Positions 1 through 12,803 of a stretch of 64,000 bases of DNA are shown here, piece by piece. Position numbers and translations under genes: made by a program. The DNA lies in the NCBI RefSeq assembly GCF_000143415.4, contig NW_003314267.1:3223407-3287406 (forward strand), in the 5' to 3' direction. The notes under the pieces are model-generated. The model had not been told where the DNA came from. It saw nothing but the letters and a program-made list of their open reading frames with translations, and made no database searches. Within the stretch, counting starts at the first letter, position 1. Every line of letters starts with the position of its first letter. The DNA comes from Selaginella moellendorffii (lineage: Eukaryota; Plantae; Lycopodiophyta).

Positions 1-202
1 TGTCGGTCCGTATTCACTCTAGTCTTGGACTTCCCAGTGGTCAGTTCATCACCCAACACTGGGTCTGGCCTTCCTGGGCCAAACTGGCCTTTCCTGGCCA
101 AACTGGCTCCACTGCAGTCCTCCCCCTACTATACTTTTGGAGCTCACCAAACCCCCCAGAGTCTGGGAGACGAACGCTTTGGGCTTTCACCCTCTCAGGC
201 TC

Positions 203-560
203 CGGACTCGGACTCGGACTCGGACCCGGACTCGGACTCGAACTTGGACTCGGACTCGGATTCGGATTCGGACTCGGACTCGGGCTCGGGCTCGGGCTCG
301 GTCTTGGCCTCGGCCTCGGTCTCGGTCTCGGTCTCGGTCCCGGTCTCGGTTCCGGTCTCGGTCTCGACTTCGGACTCCATCTCGGACTCCATCTCGGACT
401 CCATCTCGGACTCCATCTCGGGTCCATCTTGGGTCCATCTCGGACTCCATCTCGGACTCCATCTCGGGTCCATCTCGGACTCCATTTCGGACTCCATCTC
501 AGACTCCATCTCGGGTCCATCTCGGACTCCATCTCGGACTCCATCTCGAGTCCATCTCGG
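203..560. repeat. LTR-internal minisatellite: (GACTCG)n and (GTCTCG)n hexamers followed by GACTCCATCTCG / GGTCCATCTCG 12/11-mers
   Basis: Read directly. Recurs at about 6676-7142, 12277-12737, 12999-13340, 39895-40235 (decayed), 40648-41108 and 45637-45989 (inverted), and 59040-59460. Confidence 0.95.
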
Positions 561-3500
561 ACACTCCCACGTGTCATGTGTTGGTCCTTTTGGGTCTCTT
601 TTTGGAGCCTTGCCTTTTGCTCGCTTCGTGCTCGTTCCTCGAGCACTTCGTTGGGAGTTCCACTCCCGCTCTTGACTTTTCAAGTTGGAGCTTTTGGTCC
701 AAACGTGTTACGCTCGTTTGGCTCTCGCTTCGGCCACTACCATGTGGCGCCCTTCCGGCTCCAATTTGGGGCCTAGGGATTTTGTGTCTCACAACTCCAC
801 CACCCATAGACGAAGTTCGATGTCCTCATCGAACGGTAAACCCTTTCATAAAGTAACACCCACATGTGTTACCATTTCCATCTTTGGCACCTAGCCAATC
901 TTTGCCTATGGTTTGACATCAAAGGCTCACCATGCCTTTTGCATATCCTCTAAGGAGGGTAGTCTCTCCAACTTAGAGACTGATTGGACCACGTATAGTG
1001 GTTCTCTCCTTTTATTGGTTTCTTTTTCTTTTTTCCTAAACCTCTTAGAGACCCTTCTCTAAGTCAATCCCACTACTCCTTCTCAAGTAGTTTCAATTTT
1101 CATCGCTATAACCTTTGCACTTTGGAACTTTGAATTTTGACTTCTTGGAGTCGATTTCCTAGGTGTCTCCGACACCTTGCCTTGCACCTTTTGTGCAACT
1201 CCACTTCCCATCCTAGGAAGTTCTCTACTCGAGGGCACCATCATCCTCTCTTTTATTTCGTGCCAAAGTTCCAGTTATCATGCTTTGTGCTAGGGCTGTT
1301 CATGGCCCTATCATTTGGTTACCTTACCGCTCCCTCCCTTGGAGCTTCCACTTTTGCCAAATTGGAGCATTTCGGAATCCCTCCTTGGAAACACACTTCC
1401 TTTCCCACAACTCGTTAGCGTCCAACACATTAGTGTTCCTCGCCTAACTTTGTCACTTGGATTCCTTCCAATGGATTCCACGGCCCTATCTTGGCCACTC
1501 ATCTTTTGCTCCTATCCGTTGATTGTTGCACCAAGCAACATCGAATCTCTACCTCCCTCCTTGAGGTATTGTTTCTATTCCATAGCAAAGACTCTTCTTT
1601 GCCAAGTCCGGAAGATGTTCACCCCTAGTACGTCTCTTTAGCATCTTCTGCTATGGGCTCTATCCACGGCCCAACTTCGTGACCCTCCCATGGGTCTTTT
1701 ATAGAGACTACTTTCCTCGGACTCACTATGCCATCGCACGGACATAGTTTAATTCCCTTAGGTGCTCTTCCCACTTGGTTATCACGACCAAGCCACACCA
1801 CCTTAAACAGTTCAATTTCAACATTTTGAACCAGGAACTTCATTCCTTAGCCAACCAAGGACCATGTCCTTATCTGGCCATAAGATCACCTAGTGATCTC
1901 ACCTTGGCACCTTAACAGAGTTGCCAAGAGGTACTTGGTCTTCTAGACCTCCAAGTTGTTGACTATAACCCCGGGGGCATCCCCCACACTTGGCGGTGCA
2001 CCCAAGCTAGCCCTTACAGCCAAGGGTTCATAGCAACTGAGATTAGGTGTCCCCATCTCACTCACCATGACCTTGGTGCCACTTGCACCAAAGCGTTCAA
2101 GTTAGATATGCTGAGCTTTCACATTAAGCAATCTAACCGTGCATCACGACTCCGAGGCATCCCTCGCTTGGCGGTGTGCCCAAACCAGTCTCCCCACTGA
2201 GAGTCCATGACCACCGAAATATGAGTGTCCTCATATTCCAAACCATCACCACGCCCTAGTGATTTGGGACTCGAACCCAAGCACTAGAGGGTCGGGACTC
2301 GAACCCAACCTCCGTATATGCATCTACGGACGGCATCACACTAGATGCCTGGCGTGACTCCCCACGCCGGTGCACCAACCTATTTTTAAAGCGCGCTACA
2401 GATCACAGCTTAGGAACCTAGTTCCTCCACACTGCCAAGTCCTCTCACTTGACATGTCTGTGATCATGCATGGACTCCTCCATGCTCGGCCCCATGGCCC
2501 ACCCTTTTTGAAGTTATCACCTTCAACTAGGGTCTTTGTTCCCCCGACGTGCCAATCTCACTTGGCAAGTTCTCCGACCATTGTAACATGGTTCCTGCAT
2601 AAGCGTGAAAGTCCTTGACCATCGACTTTCGTTCAAAGCCCTCTCTTTGAACACTCGGGAACTACTTCCCTAACCTTGATAACCTTGCCTCATGGCAAGC
2701 TTCAAGACCACGCTTCTGCTGCGCCACTCTGATTTCGCGCGTTCCATGAACCATTTACACTTGGCCTTTCTAGGTACTATGCTACCTAGAATCGTCTTTG
2801 GGAACCTTGAAGGAACTCTATCCCTCAGCTTGCTAAGGCCTCCCTTTTTGCAAGCCTTCCAAATGCCATATAGTCTAACATGGACAATTCCATATTTTAG
2901 ACTCTCCATGGCATCACGGTTGCTACCGGCAACACCCTTGAGCCCCCACTTGATTTTCCACTCCCAGCTGGTATAACCAACCTTGGTTATGCCCTTTGAT
3001 TCCTACAGTTCGGTTCTATCCCCTTACTTCTTGCTTTTTGGCTTCACACCTTTCCTTTGGTCATTCTCCTCCAGACCGGGAGGATAGCTTTGCACTTTCT
3101 ATCTTGCTTTAGCAAGTATTCTTAGGGATGAACCTACCCAATAGCCTAGGGAGTGGTTCCTCAATCCGGGTATGCTCACCTTATAATCCCACACACTGGG
3201 ATTACATTGTTGCTTATGGGCCTTTACATGCCCATCACTAGCCTTGCCAAAATTCCATTTTTGGCTTTGTCCAACTCGGGTAGACAGTCCTCTCCTGTCT
3301 CCGCAACCTTGGACATTTGGATAGCACCTTCTATCCATCATTCGCTAGGGACTTAGTCCCTTGGGCTTTCTCCATTGCCCTCGCGACATCAAACACCACC
3401 TTCTGGTGTTCTAGAGTGTTCAGGTGTCCCAATGATGGCTTTCTTGACAATGAGTATTTCCTTTTATGACATTGACTTACTATATCGCAACACAAGCAAC

Positions 3501-4841
3501 TTATCCCCCGTAAGGGTATATCCAACTTCCTTATGCTATTAAGAAGTCTTGGGTAGCTACCTTCTACCCGTTTAACCAGTTATTTTGCACCTCTTGCTTA
3601 GTTGCCTCATAGTTGTCAAGTCCTACAACTCATTGTTTGGTGCTTTCACACCTCCATCATTATCTGGGTCACCACACTCCAACTGCATGCTCTGCAACTT
3701 AGGCTATGCTATTCCCATTTCCATTGGGATTCCTTTGGCAAGGGGTTCTCATGAACCGACTAACATAGCCTCAAGGTATCACACCTTGGCACATTTGGTG
3801 TCTCCACACCATCGGCTCCACGAGCCTACCTCTATGACATTTCCCCTTCGTGTCTAAGTCTTTGCCAAGACCAACACCGCTCTTTCTCATGCCAACCATC
3901 CGTTAGCACTGCACCATAGAGGTCACACACAACTTTATGTCAAAGTTGTTTTCTTCTGGGAACACCTTTCCCATAACTTTAGCATGGCATATTTTGCCAT
4001 CGATGAGATACCCTCTGTTCTCATCCTTGGATCCTATGATCCCCCCCCCCCCCCCCATCCTTTGTGGGGTACAACACACCTCAGTCCAAATGCTTCCATC
4101 AGTCCTTTTAGGACCATCCGTTGACTCTACTTGAGTCATCCAGCAGTTTTGGACTTGGTTAATCCACAGACCCGTAAGGTCCTACTTGTGAGGCACTAGC
4201 TCACTGGAATACACTTCTTGCATTCCTGTCCTACTCAAAAGGACTATTTTCACAAGTGTTACTCTGACACTTGATTTTGTTCTCTGGGGCCAACCTTTGC
4301 CCCTTATGACTACTTGTCCATGTGATGAGAATACCAACTCATCCACTTAATACACCCCCAACTCCTTGGGTTGTTCCAGCATTTATTAGAGGTAGCCCCG
4401 GCTACCTTTTCAAGGGCTTGAGTCCTCTTCCGTATTTGACCTCCCACGGTCATTACTTCTGGTCTCACGAGCACCAACCTCAACTATATGAGGAAAATCT
4501 TGTGACTCTTTTATTGCTTTGGAGTCTTTATCTTTCCCGTGATCCCAACTGTAGTTGTTTACCACAACTACATTAGCCAGTTTGCTAAGTCAAACGCTCA
4601 TCTGGATCACATCCTCAACTCTTTGAGGAAAACCATATACTGTTCCCAAGATCCCAAAGTCGTTCCATTATTGGCCCTTTTCTATCCACCACCTCGTCTA
4701 CAAGTTCACACATGAACTGTAATGGAGAGCCATGTCTTCCCGACTTGTTACTCCTCAAGGATAGGCCCACTCCTCGGACCTTCCGATGCCAACACTAGTG
4801 TTGATATACTTGAGCACCAATAAAAGTCGGACTAAGGAACA

Positions 4842-4853
4842 GCTCCGATACCA
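4842..4853 (-). promoter_or_regulatory. Primer binding site (tRNA-iMet type) of A1
   Basis: TGGTATCGGAGC, 3 nt from the LTR end; one mismatch to the plant consensus TGGTATCAGAGC. Equivalents at 11257-11268 and 63691-63702. Confidence 0.9.
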
Positions 4854-5670
4854 AGTTGTAAGCGACTAATTTTTCCATTCTACTTTAGTCACTTAACCAC
4901 ACCTCCGACCACTTGGAGGAGTCTCATTCACAACCTCCATAAGTCCCATTCAGGACTTGGGGCTTGCTAGCCCCAAGAATGGCATCCATGCCACTCAACC
5001 TTTGCACTTGGTCCAAGTGCTCCACATGTCCGATCCCATGACCGACACCCAAAGGTACCATTGACATCTCGGCCCGTTACGCTATGGCCATGCCCATTCA
5101 CCTTTGCTGCGCAAATGGTCCAATACCACTTGAATCACCATCCCGTCTCTCCAAGACTGGGCCATCTGTCTACGAGGGGTCATCCTAGATCCACTCCTTA
5201 GCATCCTTAGGATGCCCACAGACCTGGGGAATTGCCTTCCCCAAAGTCCCTTTGTCAGTTCCTACCAAGTCCCTTTCTGCCCCTGGCCGTGTTTGCCAAC
5301 ACTGCCACTGGATCGAGGCCCACAGGCCCGACCACTAAGTCCCACGGTCCTCTGGGACTTCCTCACCACACGACTGTGTCCTTGGTCACTACCCCAGAGG
5401 ACTGCTCCTCTTCCTTTCCACAGTCTGGGCCTTTGGGACGACATTTCGGAACACCGTGGCCTTACGCGAGCCACCTGGGTACTCTCCCCACCTATCGCCT
5501 TTAGGTGCTCTAGCCATGGGCTTAGAGCGAGGTTCTGTTGAGCCACGCCTGGTATCCAAGTAGGTAGTGCCACCCACACTTGGACTGGGAGCATCGGCCA
5601 GTCGATCTCCCGGGGGAACTAGAGCCGGCTCTTGAACACTTCACCAAGCTACCCCGCTTGTCGGTCCGTA

Positions 5671-8600
5671 TGTAAGCGACTAATTTTTCCATTCTACTTT
5701 AGTCACTTAACCACACCTCCGACCACTTGGAGGAGTCTCATTCACAACCTCCATTAGTCCAATTCAGGACTTGGGACTTGCTAGCCCCAAGAATGGCATC
5801 CATGCCACTCAACACTTGCACCTGGTCCAAGTGCTCCACGTGTCCGGTCCTGAGACCGACACTCAAAGGTACCACTGACATCTCGGCCCATTACGCTAAG
5901 GCCATGTCCATTCACCTTTGCTGCACTAGTGGTTCAACACCACTTGCATCACCACCTCGTCTCTCCAAGACTTGGCCATGTGTCCACGAGTGGTCATCCT
6001 AGATCCACTCCTTAGCATCCTTAGGATGCCCACAGACCTGGGGAATTGCCTTCCCCAAAGTCCCTTTGTCAGTTCCTACCAAGTCCCTTTCTGCCCCTGG
6101 CCGTGTTTGCCAACACTGCCACTGGATCGAGGCCCACAGGCCCGACCACTAAGTCCCACGGTCCTCTGGGACTTCCTCACCACACGACTGTGTCCTTGGT
6201 CACTACCCCAGAGGACTGCTCCTCTTCCTTTCCACAGTCTAGGCCTTTGGGACGACATTTCGGAACACCGTGGCCTTACGCGAGCCACCTAGGTACTCTC
6301 CCCACCTATCGCCTTTAGGTGCTCTAGCCATGGGCTTAGAGCAAGGTTCCGTTGAGCCACGCCTGGTATCCAAGTAGGTAGTGCCGCCCACACTTGGACT
6401 GGGAGCATCGGCCAGTCGATCTCCCGGGGGAACTAGAGCCGGCTCTTGAACACTTCACCAAGCTACCCCGCTTGTCGGTCCGTATTCACTCTAGTCTTGG
6501 ACTTCCCAGTGGTCAGTTCATCACCCAACACTGGGTCTGGCCTTCCTGGGCCAAACTGGCCTTTCCTGGCCAAACTGGCTCCACTGCAGTCCTCCCCCTT
6601 ACTATACTTTTGGAGCTCACCAAACCCCCCAGGGTCTGGGAGACGAACGCTTTGGGCTTTCACCCTCTCAGGCTTCGGACTCGGACTCGGACTCAGACTC
6701 GGACTCGGACTCGGACTCGGATTCGGACTCGGACTCGGACTCGGGCTCGGGCTCGGTCTCGGCCTCGGCCTCGGTCTCGGTCTCGGTCCCGATCTCAGTC
6801 TCGGTCTCGGTCTCGGTCCCGGTCTCGGTCCCGGTCTCGGTCTCGACTTCGGACTCCATCTCGGACTCCATCTCGGGTCCATCTCGGGTCCATCTCGGAC
6901 TCCATCTCAGACTCCATCTCGGGTCCATCTCGGACTCCACTTCGGACTCCAACTCGGGTCCATCTCGGGTCCACCTCGGACTCCATCTCGGACTCCATCT
7001 CGGACTCCATCTCGGGTCCATCTCGGACTCCACTTCGGACTCCAACTCGGGTCCATCTCGGGTCCACCTCGGACTCCATCTCGGACTCCATCTCGGGTCC
7101 ATCTCGGACTCCACTTCGGACTCCAACTCGGACTCCATCTCGCTTCGGCCACTACCATGTGGCGCCCTTCCGGCTCCACTTTGGGGCCTAGGGATTTTGT
7201 GTCTCACAACTCCACCACCCATAGACGAAGTTCGATGTCCTCATCGAACGGTAAACCCTTTCATAAGGTAACACCCACACGTGTTACCATTTCCATCCTT
7301 GGCACCTAGCCAATCTTTGTCTATGGTTTGACATCAAAGGCTCACCATGCCTTGTCCATCCTTTAAGGAGCGTAGTCTCTCCAACTTAGAGACTGATTGG
7401 ACCACATGTAATGGTTCTCCCCTTTTATTGGTTTAGTTCTTACTAAACCTCTTAGAGACCCTTCTCTATGTCAATCCCACTACTCCTTCTCGAGTAGTCT
7501 CAATTTCCATCTATATAATGTTTGCACCTTGGAACTTTTACTCTTTTGACTTTTTGGGAGTCAATTTCCTAGGTGTCTCCAACACCTTGCATTGCACAGA
7601 TTGTGCAACTCCACTTCCCTATCCTAGGAAGTTCATTACTTGAGGGCACCATCATCCTCTCTTCTATTTCGTGCCACCTTGGGCACTAAGTTCCATTTAT
7701 CATACTTTGTGCTAGGGCTGTCCATGGCCCTATCATTTGGCTACCTTACCGCTCCCTCACTTGGAGCCTTTACTTCGCCAAATTGGAGCACTTAGGAATC
7801 CGTCCTTGAAAGTCCGCTTCCTTTCCCACAAGCTGTTAGCATCGAACACATTAGTGTTCCTTGGGTAACTTTGCTATTTGGATCCCCTCCATTAAATTCC
7901 ATGGCCCAAACTTTGGCCACTAGTCCTTTGCTCCTATCCGTTGATTGTTGCACCAAGCAACATCGAATCTCTACCTCCCTCCTTGAGGTATTGTTTTGGT
8001 TCCATAGCAAAGACTCTTCTTTGCCAAGTCAGGAGGACGTTCACCCCTAGTACGTCTCTTTAGCATCTTCTGCTATGGGCTCTATCCACGGCTCAACTTC
8101 GTGACCCTCCCATGGGTCTTTTATAGAGACTACTTTCCTCGAACTCACTATGCCATCGCACGGACATAGTTTATTTCCCTTAGGTGCTCTTCCCACTTGG
8201 TTATCACGACCAAGCCACACCACCTTAAACAGTTCAATTTCAACATTTTGAACCAGGAACTTCATTCCTTAGCCAACCAAGGACCTTGTCCTTATCTGGC
8301 CATAAGATCACCTAGTGATCTCACCTTGGCACCTTAACAGAGTTGCCAAGAGGTACTTGGTTTTCTAGACCTCCAAGTTGTTGACTATAACCCCGGGGGC
8401 ATCCCCCACACTTGGCGGTGCACCCAAGCTAGCCCTTACGGCCAAGGGTTCATAGCAACTGAGATTAGGTGTCCCCATCTCACTCACCACGACCTTGGTG
8501 CCACTTGCACCAAAGTGTTCAAGTTAGATATGCTAAGCTTTCACACTAAGCAATCTAACCGTGCATCACGACTCCGAGGCATCCCTCGCTTGGCGGTGTG

Positions 8601-11600
8601 CCCAAACCAGTCTCCCCACTGAGAGTCCATGACCACCGAAATATGAGTGTCCTCATATTCCAAACCATCACCACGCCCTAGTGATTTGGGACTCGAACCC
8701 AAGCACTAGAGGGTCGGGACTCGAACCCAACCTCCGTATATGCATCTACGGACGGCATCACACTAGATGCCTGGCGTGACTCCCCACGCCGGTGCACCAA
8801 CCTATTTTTAAAGCGCGCTACAGATCACAGCTTAGGAACCTAGTTCCTCCACACTGCCAAGTCCTCTCACTTGACATGTCTGTGATCATGCATGGACTCC
8901 TCCATGCTCGGCCCCATGGCCCACCCTTTTTGAAGTTATCACCTTCAACTAGGGTATTTGTTCCCCCGACGTGCCAATCTCGCTTGGCAAGTCCTCCGCC
9001 CATTGTAACATGGTTCCTGCATAAGCGTGAAAGTCCTTGACCATCGACTTTCGTTCAAAGCCCTCTCTTTAAACACTCGGGAACTACTTCCCTAACCTTG
9101 ATAACCTTGCCTCATGGCAAGCTTCAAGACCACGCTTCTGCTGCGCCACTCTGATTTCGCGCGTTCCATGAACCATTTACACTTGGCCCTTTTAGGTACT
9201 ACGCTACCTAGAATCGTCTTTGGGAACCTTGAAGGAACTCTGTCCCTCAGCTTGCTAAGGCCTCCCCTTTCGCAAGCTTTATAGTTGCCATATAGTCTAA
9301 CATGGACAATTCCATATTTTAGACTCTCCATGGCATCACGGTTGCTAGCAACAACATCCTCGAGCACCCTCTTGATTCTCCACTCCCAACTTTCATAACC
9401 ACTGTTGGATATGCCCTTTGATTTCTATGGTTCAGTTCCATCCCAACACTACTTGCCTTTGGCTTCACACCTTTCCTTCGGTCATTCTCCTCCAGACCAG
9501 GAGGATAGCTTTGCACTTTCTATCATGCCTTAGCAAGTATTCTTAGGGATGAACCTACCCAATAGCCCAGGGAGTGGTTCCTCAATCCGGGTATGCTCAG
9601 CTTATAATCCCACACACTGGGGTTACATTGTTGCTTATGGGCCTTTACATGCCCATCACTAGCCTTGCCAAAATTCCATTTTTGGCTTTGTCCAACTCGG
9701 GTAGACAGTCCTCTCCTGTCTCCGCAACCTTGGACATTTGGATAGCACCTTCTATCCATCATTCGCTAGGGACTTAGTCCCTTGGGCTTTCTCCATTGCC
9801 CTCGCGACATCAAACACCACCTTCTGGTGTTCTAGAGTGTTCAGGTGTCCCAATGATGGCTTTCTTGACAATGAGTATTTCCTTTTATGACATTGACTTA
9901 CTATATCGCAACATAAGCAACTTATCCCCCGTAAGGGTATATCCGACTTCCCTATACTAGAAGTCTTGGGTAGCTACCTTCTACCCATTTAACCAGTTAT
10001 TTTGCACCTCTTGCTTAGTTGCCTCATAGTTGTCAAGTCCTACAACTCATTGCTTGGTGCTTTCACACCTCCATCACTATCTGGGTCACCACACTCCAAC
10101 TGCATGCTCTGCAGCTTAGGCTATGCCATTCCCATTTCCATTGGGATTCCTTTGGCAAAGGGTTCTCATGAACCCACCAACATAGCCTCAAGGTATCACA
10201 CCTTGGCACATTTGGTGTCTCCACACCATCGGCTCCACGAGCCTACCTCTATGACATTTCCCTTTGTGTCTAAGTCTTTGCCAAGACCAACACCGCTCTT
10301 TCTCATGCCAACCATCTGTTAGCACTGCCCCATAGAGGTCACACACAACTTTATGTCAAAGTTGTTTTCTTTTGGGAACACCTTTCCCATAACTTTAGCA
10401 TGGCACATTTTGCCATTGATGAGATACTCTCTGTTCTCATCCTTGGATCCTATGATCCCCCCCCATCCTTTGTGGGGTACAACGCACCTCAGTCCAAATG
10501 CTTCATTCAGTCCTTTTTAGGACCATCCCTTGACTCTACTTGAGTCGTCTAGCAGTTTTGGACTTGGTTAATCCACCGACCCGTAAGGTCCTACTTGTGA
10601 GGCACTAGCTCACTGGAATACACATCTTGCATTCCGGTCCTACTCAAAAGGACTATTTTCACAAGTGTTACTCCGATACTTGATTTTGTTCTCTAGGGGC
10701 CAACTTTGCCCCTTAGGACTACTTGTCCATGTGATGAGAATACCAACTCATCCACTTAATACACCCCCAACTCCTTGGGTTGTTCCAGCATTTATTAGAG
10801 GTAGCCCCGGCTACCATTTCAAGGACTTGAGTCCTCTTCCGTATTTGACCTTCCACGGTCATTACCTTTGGTCTCACATTCATGAGCACCAACCTCAACT
10901 ATATGAGGAAAATCTTGTGACTCCTTTATTGCTTTGGAGTCTTTATCTTTCCCGTGATCCCAACTGTAGTTGTTTACCGCAACTACATTAGCCAGTTTGC
11001 TAAGTGAAACGCTCATCTGGATCACATCCTCAACTCTTTGAGGAAAACCATATACTGTTCCCAAGATCCCAAAGTCGTTCCATTATTGGCCCTTTTCTAT
11101 CCACCACCTCGTCTACAAGTTCACACATGAACTGTAATGGAGAGCCATGTCTTCCCGACTTGCTACTCCTCAAGGATAGGCCCACTCCTCGGACCTTCCG
11201 ATGCCAACACTAGTGGTGATATACTTGAGCACCAATAAAAGTCGGACTAAGGAACAGCTTCGATACCAAGTTGTAAGCGACTAATTTTTCCATTCTACTT
11301 TAGTCACTTAACCACACCTCCGACCACTTGGAGGAGTCTCATTCACAACCTCCATTAGTCCAATTCAGGACTTGGGACTTGCTAGCCCCAAGAATGGCAT
11401 CCATGCCACTCAACACTTGCACCTGGTCCAAGTGCTCCACGTGTCCGGTCCTGAGACCGACACTCAAAGGTACCACTGACATCTCGGCCCGTTACGCTAA
11501 GGCCATGTCCATTCACCTTTGCTGCACTAGTGGTTCAACACCACTTGCATCACCACCTCGTCTCTCCAAGACTTGGCCATGTGTCCACGAGTGGTCATCC

Positions 11601-12803
11601 TAGATCCACTCCTTAGCATCCTTAGGATGCCCACAGACCTAGGGAATTGCCTTCCCCAAAGTCCCTTTGTCAGTTCCTACCAAGTCCCTTTCTGCCCCTG
11701 GCCGTGTTTGCCAACACTGCCACTGGATCGAGGCCCACAGGCCCGACCACTAAGTCCCACGGTCCTCTGGGACTTCCTCACCACACGACTGTGTCCTTGG
11801 TCACTACCCCAGAGGACTGCTCCTCTTCCTTTCCACAGTCTGGGCCTTTGGGACGACATTTCGGAACACCGTGGCCTTACGCGAGCCACCTGGGTACTCT
11901 CCCCACCTATCGCCTTTAGGTGCTCTAGCCATGGGCTTAGAGCAAGGTTCCGTTGAGCCACGCCTGGTATCCAAGTAGGTAGTGCCGCCCACACTTGGAC
12001 TGGGAGCATCGGCCAGTCGATCTCCCGGGGGAACTAGAGCCGGCTCTTGAACACTTCACCAAGCTACCCCGCTTGTCGGTCCGTATTCACTCTAGTCTTG
12101 GACTTCCCAGTGGTCAGTTCATCACCCAACACTGGGTCTGGCCTTCCTAGGCCAAACTGGCCTTTCCTGGCCAAACTGGCTCCACTGCAGTCCTCCCCCT
12201 TACTATACTTTTGGAGCTCACCAAACCCCCCAGGGTCTGGGAGACGAACGCTTTGGGCTTTCACCCTCTCAGGCTCCGGACTCGGACTCGGACTCGGACT
12301 CAGATTCGGACTCGGACTCGGACTCGGGCTCGGGCTCGGTCTCGGCCTCGGCCTCGGTCTCGGTCTCGGTCCCGATCTCAGTCTTGGTCTCGGTCTCGGT
12401 CCCGGTCTCGGTCCCGGTCTCGGTCTTGACTTCGGACTCCATCTCGGACTCCATCTCGGGTCCATCTCGGGTCCATCTCGGACTCCATCTCAGACTCCAT
12501 CTCGGGTCCATCTCGGACTCCACTTCGGACTCCAACTCGGGTCCATCTCGGGTCCACCTCGGACTCCATCTCGGACTCCATCTCGGACTCCATCTCGGGT
12601 CCATCTCGGACTCCACTTCGGACTCCAACTCGGGTCCATCTTGGGTCCACCTCGGACTCCATCTCGGACTCCATCTCGGACTCCATCTCGGGTCCATCTC
12701 GGACTCCACTTCGGACTCCAACTCGGACTCCATCTCGCTTCGGCCACTACCATGTGGCGCCCTTCCGGCTCCACTTTGGGGCCTAGGGATTTTGTGTCTC
12801 ACA
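5671..12803 (-). mobile_element. Family A copy A2, complete, nested in the 5' LTR of A1 (LTRs 5671-7208 and 11272-12803)
   Basis: TSD CCGTA at 5666-5670 and 12804-12808. TG...CA ends, two nearly identical LTRs, PBS TGGTATCGAAGC at 11257-11268. The interrupted A1 LTR resumes exactly after the TSD. Confidence 0.96.

Noticed and set aside
371-560. CRISPR-like appearance of the 12-mer arrays
   Set aside because: No unique spacers and no cas genes; eukaryotic LTR context.
25-856. Long SD/ES/RT/PR-repeat ORFs, also at 6394-7309, 12047-13574, 40300-41330, 45348-46211 and 58738-59755
   Set aside because: By-products of the stop-free LTR minisatellite: open in most frames on both strands, and the frames are not conserved between copies.
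2264-2309. tRNA gene or tRNA-derived SINE
   Set aside because: Only T-arm motifs are present; no acceptor stem, anticodon arm, clear A-box or tail was seen.
5671-7208. Hammerhead ribozyme (retrozyme) in the family A LTR
   Set aside because: No CTGANGA...GAAA core with the required stems was found by eye; the nearest match, GTGATGA, lacks the conserved C.
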